Source of the DNA: Octopus sinensis
Lineage: Eukaryota
NCBI RefSeq assembly: GCF_006345805.1
Contig: NW_021826336.1
Span: 1 to 13,134, forward strand
Direction of reading: 5' to 3'
DNA: 13,134 nucleotides
A program made the position numbers and the translations under genes. Within the stretch, counting starts at the first letter, position 1. Each line of letters starts with the position of its first letter. Of the stretch, positions 1 through 8,322 are shown one piece after another. The notes below the pieces were generated by a model. That model was not told where the DNA came from, searched no databases, and saw nothing but the letters and a program-made list of their open reading frames with translations.

Positions 1-387
1 TTTAAGAAATTAACACCTACTACTGTATCACCATGTAAGTATACATGATTATGAAAGATTGTCGGAACAGAATCACAGTATGTGCAAACTAGGGATATTT
101 TCGCTGTGAAATTGACAGGGGAGGGGGCAATGTGAAAGTGAAAGTAAATTCACAATAAAATGTATAGAGATAGAATCTGCAAGATTTTTACAAACACATG
201 TAACTGAGTAAGCAACCAACCAATGAAACAAAAAAAAATAAATATATAAACACATATGTAAATAAATCCATAGATACTGAGTGTAAATGTGAATACGCAC
301 GAAGACGTACGCTAACATAATTAAACTTATACAAACATAGGCATATATTATCATACATTGGCATATTTGCAACGCACTGACCTATAC

Positions 388-450
388 ATACACGCACGCA
401 CACACATGCACACACACACGCGCACACACACACACACACACACACGTGCA
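388..450. repeat. (CA)n/(CACG)n microsatellite
   Basis: Directly visible cacgcacgcacacacatgcacacacacacgcgcacacaca... run. Confidence 0.95.
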
Positions 451-597
451 CAAATACAACGAAACACAGCCAAAGAAAGGAATCGAAGAAAAATTAAATG
501 AATACGCTTAAGACACACACTTCCACAAAAAATTTATTAGCGCATAAAAATAAATGCACCAAACGCATAAACACCCCCACACAACACTACAAAGATA

Positions 598-679
598 AAC
601 AGATAGATATATAGATATAAATATTTCGTTATATAAAATTGCGTATGCATATATGTGTGCGTATATATATAGAATATAC

Positions 680-720
<41 letters not shown>

Positions 721-1044
721 TATCTATATATATATATATACTATATACAGGCATATAAACTAGACACACACATGCACATATATACACATATATACATATA
801 TATATTCACTCATATACACATGTATTTATGTATTTGTGTATGTATGTATGTTATATATATGTGTATATATATATATCTATATATATATATATATATATAT
901 ATTACACACATGCATGCATACATAATTCCTATGCGTGTACAGTGTTTAATGTCCAGAAGACATACCGAAATATATATCGAAACACCCACGTACGCACACA
1001 TACACACAGAATTCATTCTCCATACACATGTACTATATATAGTA

Positions 1045-1078
<34 letters not shown>

Positions 1079-1345
1079 ATTACATATACACATATACATA
1101 TACACACACACATATATATATTATATATAGATATAGATTATATATATATATATCTACACACATATACTCTCACATATATGTATACATACATTCATACATA
1201 CATACATATATATATCTATATATATGCATATATATATGTTTGTATATACATACATATATATATATATACGTATATATATAAATGCATATATACATATCTA
1301 TATCTATATCTATATATCTATTTATCTACCTATCTATCTTATCAC

Positions 1346-1416
<71 letters not shown>

Positions 1417-1470
1417 TATATATATATATACATATATGTATGTATATACATATTTACTGATACATACACT
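598..1470. repeat. Compound (TA)n/(CA)n/(TATC)n microsatellite-rich tract
   Basis: Long interrupted TA runs with CA/TACA/TATC segments; source of the I/Y/H/T-rich pseudo-ORFs at 772-1554. Confidence 0.95.
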
Positions 1471-2052
1471 CCACAATTTTCTTAGCACATACAAATTTGA
1501 ACAAAACCATGAACTACGTACGTACCTACATGCATACACACTACTTACATACACTTACTGTCACATACATGCACTTATATGCAAATACATACGTAAACGC
1601 ATAAACATGGAGTAAAAGAAAAAGATTCGTTGCATCCGTTCAAGATAAAAACAAAAGTAAGAAAATGGTGAAATAAAGAAAAGCAAATTTTAAGATTTCA
1701 TATCACGTTTTCAATCATTTCTATAGGAAAAACTAATCCACGTCCCCAATATTTTGTATAAGTTTCAGATTGTACATGCTTTTTGCTAAGTATGGAATTA
1801 TAGATATATGATTAAATAACTTTAAATTTAGTGTTTTGGGATTGTCAGAGACAGGAAAAGTTTGGATTAGATTTAGATGGTTTATGATGTTCAGTTCCGA
1901 GCTGCGCAATTCCGTGGGAGATATATTTTCCGCTGAGTCGATAAAAATATGCCAGAAGTTAATGTATGGATGAATCTCTGGGCAGTAAGGGTAGAAGATA
2001 TCGCAGATACAGTGGGGTAGAAATTCAGGAAAACATGGCTTGCAGCTTTTAA

Positions 2053-2137
2053 GTGTGTCTGTCTACGTTGTGAGTTCAAATCCTGCTGAAGTCGTTTTTG
2101 CATGTTTTCATTCCCGGACGTTGATGAATAATGTACT
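2053..2137 (+). mobile_element. Degraded partial copy of tRNA-derived SINE family A
   Basis: B-box GTTCAAATCC at 2074-2083, followed by ctgctgaagtcgtttttgcatgttttcattcccgg. This aligns by eye to the reverse complement of the better copies at 12666-13068 (ccgccgaggtcgactttgcctttcatcc). Confidence 0.7.
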
Positions 2138-2164
2138 GAATCGAGTCCATGACGTTCATCCTCA

Positions 2165-2373
2165 TTACGGTTTCAAATTTTGTCACAAGGCCTGCAATTT
2201 TAGCGAAGTGGGTAAGTCGATTACATCGACCCCGGGGTTCAACTGGTGCTTATTTTATCAACCTCGAAAGGCAAAGGAAACCCCGGCGGAATTTGAACTT
2301 AGAACGTAAAGACGGACGAAATGCCACTAAGCATTTCGTCCGAGCGCTAACGATTCTGTCAGCGTTCCACCTT
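2165..2373 (-). mobile_element. tRNA-derived SINE family A, near full length
   Basis: The minus strand has an A-box-like tgacagaatcgttagc, a 12-bp hairpin and B-box gttcaaattcc. The body and tail (aactggt..., tcgattacatcgacccc, cacaagg...aaatttt) are shared with 6162-6376 and 12666-13068. Resembles octopus tRNA-derived SINEs; the exact family name (OK/OR) is not assigned. Confidence 0.9.
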
Positions 2374-2609
2374 AGCTTTCATCCTCATAGAAAAAAGGTG
2401 TGAACCGTTGTCTGTTTGGCCTTAATATATTAACGAATATAATTAGTAGAATACAAATAGGATGTTAGTTTTCAATAAATATATAAACGTGTATCTATAT
2501 TTAAGTGGTTCCGTTGTGAAATTAGGTTCACAGGGAACTGTTCGGCAATTTGAGATGAGTAGTTTCATTGTTGTTTAATAATTCATCAGAATTCGCTTGA
2601 CTCTAGGGT

Positions 2610-2681
2610 CATGTATGAATGTATTTATGTATGTATATATGTATGAATGTGTGTATCTAGTACATATATGTATGTGTGTGT
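2610..2681. repeat. (GTAT)n/(GT)n low-complexity tract
   Basis: Visible gtatgaatgtatttatgtatgtatatatgtatg...gtgtgtg. Confidence 0.8.
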
Positions 2682-2809
2682 TACCAACCACATGGTTCTG
2701 GGTTCAGTCCCACTGCGTGGCACCTTGGGCAAGTGTCTTCTACTATAGCCTCGGGCCGACCAAAGCCTTGTGAGTGGATTTGGTAGACGGAAACTGAAAG
2801 AAGCCTGTC

Positions 2810-2811
<2 letters not shown>
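2682..2811 (+). mobile_element. SINE family B (OR2-like, CORE-like), 5' half; A-box missing
   Basis: B-box-like ggttcagtccc at 2701-2711. ccttgggcaagtgtctt at 2723-2739 resembles the CORE/MIR motif ccttgggcaagt. The segment aagccttgtgagtggatttggtag...gaaactgaaagaagcc is shared with 5664-5711. Confidence 0.9.
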
Positions 2812-2840
<29 letters not shown>

Positions 2841-3050
2841 CTCTTTTACACTTTTACTTGTTTCAGTCATTTGACTGCGGCCATGCTGGAGTACCGCCTT
2901 TTAGTCGAGTAAATCACCCCCAGGACTTATTCTTTGTAAGCCTAGTACTTATTCTATCGGTCTCTTTTGCCGAACCGCTAATTTACGGGGACTCAACACA
3001 CCAGCATCGGTTGTCAAGCGATGTTGGGGGGACAAACACAGACGCACATA
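2841..3050 (-). mobile_element. SINE family B, 3' half
   Basis: Reverse complement matches 5760-5964 (gtgtttgtcccc...cgatgctggtgtg...cggcaaaagagaccgatagaataagtactaggcttacaaagaataagtcctgggg...catggccgcagtcaaatgactgaaacaagtaaaag). Confidence 0.92.
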
Positions 3051-3135
3051 CATACATAGATACATACATACATACATACATACTACATATATACATACAT
3101 ATACATACATCATACATACATACATACATACACAC

Positions 3136-3173
<38 letters not shown>

Positions 3174-3180
3174 TATATAC
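3051..3180. repeat. (TACA)n/(TA)n microsatellite
   Basis: Directly visible. Confidence 0.95.
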
Positions 3181-3302
3181 AAGATAGAAAATGGAGAAAT
3201 ACATCTAATCAAATATCAGTTACCAGATAATACTGAATCACATACTTTATTAAACCACCACATAAGAGACTGTAGGGTTAAATATAAAAGCAGAACAAAT
3301 CA

Positions 3303-3341
3303 GTGTACATAAAGGAATGTACATAAAAAGTGTACATAAAA
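3303..3341. repeat. Three dispersed-tandem copies of (g/t)gtacataaa
   Basis: gtgtacataaagg aatgtacataaaaa gtgtacataaaa. Confidence 0.75.
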
Positions 3342-3413
3342 GATAAAGTTGTATAATAAGTAGAATATATAAAAGAGAATATAAATATAAGTAAATATAA
3401 ATATAAGTATAGA

Positions 3414-3551
3414 TTACATCTTACAGCTGTTTCGGCCATGTAGATAAGTATGTCTCATTTTACCAATATTAGCCCTTTATGGTTGGTCAATATATAGATA
3501 TAAATGAGACATTTACAAAAATATCATATGGCCTCTTCGGAGATTATGTAA
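3414..3551 (-). ncRNA. Type I hammerhead ribozyme-like motif with U4C core variant, long helix II and palindromic helix III
   Basis: The minus strand reads AUCU-CCGAAGA-GGCCAU...AUGGCC-GAAAC-AGCU-GUA-AGAU. Helix I is AUCU/AGAU with a UUAC/GUAA extension. Helix II is 6 bp with an internal 11-bp stem (3450-3460/3502-3512). The NUH triplet is GUA. Confidence 0.72.
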
Positions 3552-3643
3552 TATAACTCAGTCTACATATATACCCACATGGGTGTGGGTGCATACCCAC
3601 AATACAACATAGACATATGGGTGCATATACTCACACTCTTATA

Positions 3644-3810
3644 CTGGTGTGTTTACCTCCCCGTCACTTAGCGTTTCGGCAAGAGAGACCGATAGAATGA
3701 GTACTAGGCTTACAAAGAATAAGTCCTGGGGTCGATTTGCTCGACTAAAGGCGGTGCTCCAGCATGGCCGCATTTGAATGACTGAAACAAATAAATGAAT
3801 AAAAGAAAAA
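3644..3810 (+). mobile_element. SINE family B, 3' portion
   Basis: ctggtgtgtttac...cggcaagagagaccgatagaatgagtactaggcttacaaagaataagtcctggggtcgatttgctcgactaaaggcggtgctccagcatggccgc...tgactgaaacaa; highly similar to 5800-5960. Confidence 0.92.
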
Positions 3811-4332
3811 TGTATACGTAAAATATGGTGTAATTATAAACAGTGCAAATTTATATATATATCTTTATACTTCTACCTTTACGGTGCTTTATTTGACTGG
3901 CGAAAAGTTCCTTGTGAGCCTAATTTCTCAGCGAAGCTAAAGGCATACTATTAGTTTTATTGTTATTAAGGTGAAGCTAACATGGCTGAAGCGAAGTGTT
4001 GTTACGCATGCTGGAGCACTCGTTTCACCAGTCAGCATATTTTAAATGGAAAACATAAGACAAGAAAGAAAAATGATACGGTGAAATGGATGTAGCATAC
4101 TCTTCTGATAATGGTTACAAACATAGCTACAAGCTCTGCATATTTTGGTGGACGGTTGCAGGCGGTCGGCTTCAGTATATGACCATGCTTATTTTACCTC
4201 GCTTTTGGTTCTCAATCTTTGGTAAGGTCATACTGGAGAGATCGTGGTAAACACCGTGTCCTGAGCATCGAAACCCGACAAAAGCTATTCCGGTCGAGGC
4301 TTATTCTGTTATTTAAAAAAAAACATTTTACC

Positions 4333-4529
4333 TGTATCAGTCATTTGGTTTTGGGCATGTTGGTGCACTACCTTGAAAGGTTTTAGTCGAACAAATCGAC
4401 CCAAGGACTTAATTTTTTAAAGCCTAGTACTTATTCTATAAGTCTCTTTTGTCGAAGCGCCAAGTTACGGGAATGTATGCACACCAACACCGGTTGTGAA
4501 GTGATTATAGGGGTGGGCCCACACACATA
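4333..4529 (-). mobile_element. SINE family B, diverged 3' half
   Basis: cagtcattt...ttagtcgaacaaatcgaccc...aagcctagtacttattctat...ctcttttgtcgaa...agttacggg...caccaacaccggttgt aligns to 2850-3030. Confidence 0.85.
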
Positions 4530-4760
4530 CTTTTATTCTTTTATTTGTTTCAGTCATTTAACTGTGGCCATGATGGAGCACTGCCTTGAGGGGATTTTAA
4601 TCGAACAAATCGACCCCAGGACCTATTATATTATTAAGCGTAGTAATTATTCAATCAGCTCCTTTTGCTGAACCGTTAAGTTACGGGGACGTAAACACAC
4701 CAGCACCGGTTGTCACGTGGTGATAGGGGACAAACGCAGACACAAAGACACAGACACATA
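4530..4760 (-). mobile_element. SINE family B, diverged 3' half, in tandem with the previous copy
   Basis: ttgtttcagtcatttaactgtggccatgatggagcac...atcgaacaaatcgaccccagg...aagttacggggacgtaaacacaccagcaccggttgtca...gggacaaacgcagacac. Confidence 0.88.
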
Positions 4761-4780
4761 AATATATACATATTTATATA

Positions 4781-4838
4781 TAATTAATAATACCAGGGTA
4801 ATAAACATTTTAGAAATTTCTACTACCAGTGGCCTAGC
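4781..4838 (+). repeat. 58-bp direct repeat, copy 1 (partner 5183-5240)
   Basis: Ungapped manual alignment gives 51/58 identities at an offset of 402 bp. Confidence 0.9.
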
Positions 4839-5182
4839 GTTTAGAAAAATTAGTCAACAGACTATATATTATTCATATAAATATAGTGTACATTTAAACG
4901 CATAAGAAGTATCCGTCATAGGAAAAAAATAAAAAAACATTTACCAGCTATCTCCTGAACCATGGTTTCTGAATGTTTTCAGCAAATAAAATAATTTGCT
5001 AGGCGAAGTCTTCATCAACAGGTACGCATAGATTAAACATATAAGTACGAGGCAATCCAGCATGTGCCCCGTGCTTATATATTATAATTTTTCAAATCAA
5101 CCGCGCAAGCGCATTTTTTTGTCGGCAGCAAGTAAAATAATGTCCGGCGTTACTTCGAAAATTTTCCAGAAAAAATTATCAA

Positions 5183-5240
5183 TAATTCATAATATTAGGG
5201 TAATAAAAATTTTAGAAATGTCTACTACCAGTGGTTTAGC
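5183..5240 (+). repeat. 58-bp direct repeat, copy 2 (partner 4781-4838)
   Basis: taattcataatattagggtaataaaaattttagaaatgtctactaccagtggtttagc. Confidence 0.9.
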
Positions 5241-5357
5241 ATGTTTATGAATGTACTCCATAACAGTGGGATTTTCTAAGATTATTTCAGGACATGTATG
5301 TATGTATGCATATATGTATAAATCTGAAAAGAATGTGGAAGTGAGAAAACGGAAGAA

Positions 5358-5497
5358 CTGACCCTAGTATGGGACTTGTAGTATATTTATCGACTCCACA
5401 AAAGATGTAAGACAAATTTGACTTCAGTGGGATTTAACTCAGTGCATAGAAGATTGGATTGAACACAACAAGGCATTTGTATCCGATGCTCTAATGA
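5358..5497 (-). mobile_element. Highly degraded SINE family A-like copy
   Basis: tttatcgactccacaaaagatgtaagacaaatttgacttcagtgggatttaactcag aligns to tatcgaccccaaaacgatgaaagacaaagtcgacctcggcggaatttgaactcag (12756-12809); aaggcattt follows at the expected distance. Confidence 0.6.
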
Positions 5498-5663
5498 CAA
5501 CACTAATTCTCAGACAGACGAAAGCCAAAGCCAGAGACGAGAGCATTTGAACTTGGAAATTAGAAGGACGTTGTCTTATACGCAAGTATTTAATTTACTG
5601 TTCTACTGCTGTCGAATCACTGCCATTATAAGTAAATAAAAACAAATAAAACAACATAAAAAC

Positions 5664-5964
5664 AAGCCTTGTGAGTGGATTTGGTAGTCGGAAACTGAAA
5701 GAAGCCCGTCGTATATATGTACATGTATATATATATATATATGTGTGTGTTTGTATGTCTGTGTTTGCCCTCCCACCCCAAGGTCACTTGACAAACGATG
5801 CTGGTGTGTTTATGTCCCCGTAACTTAGCGATTCGGCAAAAGAGACCGATAGAATAAGTAGTAGGCTTACAAAGAATAAGTCCTGGGGTCGATTTGCTCG
5901 ACTAGAACGTGGTGCTCCAACATGGCCGCAGTCAAATGACTGAAACAAGTAAAAGAGTAAAATA
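5664..5964 (+). mobile_element. SINE family B, 5'-truncated but co-linear (middle, internal TA/GT microsatellite, 3' half)
   Basis: aagccttgtgagtggatttggtag...gaagcccgtcg-(TA/GT)n-tctgtgtttgccc...gactgaaacaagtaaaagagtaaaa. Shows the normal order and orientation of the two halves. Confidence 0.93.
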
Positions 5965-5994
5965 GTATATTCGAACGAGGAAACGACTGATTTT

Positions 5995-6122
5995 ATTGGT
6001 AAAATATTTTATCAGTCTCGAAAGGATGGCATGGAAATTAGTTGCCCTACCCGGATTTGAACCCGGAAGGTAAAGGAGCGCAGTTAAATACCACAAGGCA
6101 CGACATCCATCGCGTCACCGGT
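5995..6122 (-). mobile_element. Degraded SINE family A-like copy
   Basis: ttttatcagtctcgaaaggatg, B-box complement ggatttgaac at 6053-6062, and aaataccacaaggca occur in the family A order. Confidence 0.65.
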
Positions 6123-6161
6123 TTTTGTAAACCTGCACGATTTTAGAATAAATAACATCAA

Positions 6162-6376
6162 TAATGGTTTCAGATTTTGGCACAAGGCTAGCAATTTCGA
6201 GGGAGGGTATAAATCGATTACGGTGACACCAATGTTTAACTGGTACTTACTTTCTTGACCCCCGAGAGGTTGAAAGGCAAAGTCGACCTCATCGAAATTT
6301 GAACTCAGAACGTGCAGGCGGACGAAATGCCGCTAAGTATTTCGCCCGGTGTACTAACGATTTTGCCAACTCGCCG
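6162..6376 (-). mobile_element. SINE family A, full length
   Basis: Tail ggtttcagattttggcacaagg, body aactggtactt...gaaaggcaaagtcgacctc, B-box complement at 6294-6304, hairpin at 6319-6348, head ctaacgattttgccaactcgcc. Confidence 0.92.
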
Positions 6377-6409
6377 ATCAACAAATAATACTAATAATAA
6401 CGCTTAGAA

Positions 6410-6531
6410 CAAGATGATGATGACGATAACGACGACGACGACGATGATGATAATGATGTCTCTGACGGTAACAAAGACGACGAAGACGTTGACGATGACA
6501 ACAACAACGATGATGACGATACGACGACGAC

Positions 6532-6568
<37 letters not shown>

Positions 6569-6687
6569 TTGGTAGTGGTGGTGTCGGTGGTGGTAGTGGC
6601 GTCGGTGCTGCTACTACTGCTGCAGCTGCTGCTGCTGATGATGACGGTGAGGACGACGAAGACGATGATAACAACGATGATGATGAA

Positions 6688-6720
<33 letters not shown>

Positions 6721-6746
6721 GACGATGATGATGTTGATGATGAAGA
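6410..6746. repeat. Compound trinucleotide repeat (GAT/GAC/AAC/GGT/GCT)
   Basis: Directly visible; explains the poly-Ser (minus) and poly-Met (plus) ORFs. Confidence 0.95.
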
Positions 6747-6959
6747 TTGCAGAAATTGCAAGCCATTTATTACTAATGTCACGTAATTACAGCCGACCAT
6801 TACCACTTAACGACCTCTATTGCCGAGATGATCACCACTCACACAATTATATTCTACAACTCATAAAAAATGCACAGCAACCTTATCATTTATTGCCCTA
6901 AATATGTTGTTTTAGTTTAGTATAGGTGTGTTTCATGTGCAACAGTGCAATACTCAATT

Positions 6960-7270
6960 GTGTTGTCTACGTGCATGTATATATATGTTTGGCTCAATGT
7001 GTGTATGTGGTTGTGTGTGATTATGTATGACTGTGGAGGATTGTGTGTGTACATGTGCGCTCGTATGTGTTTGAGTGTTTGTAGCGCGGGCAGGTTATTT
7101 ACGATAATGTATTATAGTTTTGTAATTTTAGATTTCGAGTCAATTTTAAATGTATGTATGTATCTAGGTACGTGAGTATATATATATATGTGTGTGTGTA
7201 TGTGTGTGTGTGTATGTATGTGCATACAAATGCATACATAGAAACATACACTCATTATATTATATATATA

Positions 7271-7309
<39 letters not shown>

Positions 7310-7500
7310 TATATATATATGTGCACATCTACATATACATATACATGTATAATATAATGTGTGTATATATATATATATATGGTGTGTTTGCTATTTTTAT
7401 TAATGTGTGTGTGATTGTGTGTATGCGTCTATGTTTATGTACATATCTGTAAATGTATATATATGTCTAGATATAATTCTGTCTATGTTTGTGTGCGTAG
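6960..7500. repeat. (GT)n/(TA)n microsatellite-rich tract
   Basis: Interrupted GT, GTAT and TA runs. Confidence 0.85.
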
Positions 7501-7949
7501 GTATATCTTATCAACTTAGTATTGTCTGAACTCATGTGGGTAGGAAGAACTCCACCTGTCAAGTGATATAAGAGCAGCTAAGCTTAATAACATAACCGCA
7601 ACTTAAGCGCTGTTAAATTGAATTCTATTCAGAATCTTTGCAAAATTTAAACATTTCTCAGTTTCCCATCAATTTACTCTCGCACAAAAATCAACTATGC
7701 CAATACAGCAGTAGTTTCCCGCCAAGTTATTTTTCAGCTTAACATGACTAGAAATCCTGTATTTTCATTGTCAGTTGACATTGCTGTTCGTGCCGAGACC
7801 TGTATAAGAAATCCATGGGGCCGATGAACTCCGAGTAGAGTTTCATGATGAATAATCTTATCTCAGCCTACCTATAAAATTGGCGTATTCTTTACATCCT
7901 TTACATTATTTACATTTGACGGATATTTGTCCTCATCTTGTTTGTTGTT

Positions 7950-7992
7950 AACACGTTTCAGCTGATATACCCTCCAGCCTTCATCAGGTGTC
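7950..7992 (-). ncRNA. Minimal hammerhead ribozyme-like motif, probably defective at the cleavage triplet
   Basis: GACAC-CUGAUGA-A-GGCUG(gagggtatat)CAGCU-GAAAC-GUGUU. Helix I is GACAC/GUGUU and helix II is GGCUG/CAGCU. There is no separate NUH triplet between GAAAC and the 3' strand of helix I. Confidence 0.65.
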
Positions 7993-8041
7993 TTGGGGAA
8001 ATTTCGAACCTGGGTTCTCATTCCTAAGGTATTTTTCGATG

Positions 8042-8044
<3 letters not shown>

Positions 8045-8108
<64 letters not shown>

Positions 8109-8160
8109 CATCATCATTATTATTATTATTAATATAATGTTGTTGTTGTTGTCGTTGTTC
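8045..8160. repeat. (ATT)n/(ATC)n/(GTT)n microsatellite
   Basis: Directly visible; gives the poly-Ile in ORF 7872..8117. Confidence 0.97.
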
Positions 8161-8322
8161 AGGTGACTGCTTGGAATCGAACTCAGAACCTTGGGGTTAG
8201 TAGCCCGCGCTCTTAACCACTACACCATATGCCCGTGGCGCATTCTTTGTGCTTAATTCAAAACTCGCATCATTGTGAAATCATCATGCATTAATTATAC
8301 AGTTGCTTAGTCTTAATTTTTT

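Larger units (their letters stand above)
7890..8237 (-). mobile_element. Composite SINE-like element (family D): tRNA-derived head, (CAA)n/(TAA)n linker, hammerhead-containing 3' domain, (nnATGTAAA)3 tail
   Basis: The minus strand has A-box TGGTGTAGTGGTT (8227-8215), an anticodon-like arm GGG-CUACUAA-CCC and B-box GTTCGATTCC (8182-8173). A triplet-repeat linker spans ~8045-8160, the CUGAUGA...GAAAC core spans 7987-7955, and there is a 9-bp-period tail at 7891-7915. That these parts form one element is inferred from co-orientation and my recollection of an octopus repeat. Confidence 0.7.

Noticed and set aside
73-1554. Multiple ORFs rich in I/Y/H/T/C/V
   Set aside because: Translations of (TA)n/(CA)n microsatellites; no domain-like sequence.
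1891-3212. ORFs 2040..2309, 2149..2403, 2625..2870, 2810..3172 and neighbours
   Set aside because: They overlap SINE copies and microsatellites; incidental open frames.
4233-4300. Plus-strand hammerhead-like string CUGGAGA-GAU...AUC-GAAAC...GGUC
   Set aside because: Core has G instead of the conserved A6, helix II is only 3 bp, and no helix I pairing can be found. It may be an ancient remnant but is unsupported.
5510-5575. Possible further family A fragment (gaaagccaaagcc...atttgaacttgg)
   Set aside because: Similarity too short and degenerate to call by eye.
6378-6901. Poly-Ser (minus) and poly-Met (plus) ORFs
   Set aside because: Products of the (GAT)n triplet repeat; no coding evidence.
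7805-7850. CCGAUGA followed by an ACUC/GAGU stem
   Set aside because: No GAAA after the stem; just a small imperfect hairpin.
8160-8237. Possible tRNA gene
   Set aside because: A and B boxes are present, but the anticodon stem is short and no acceptor-stem 3' strand is evident; interpreted as a SINE head.
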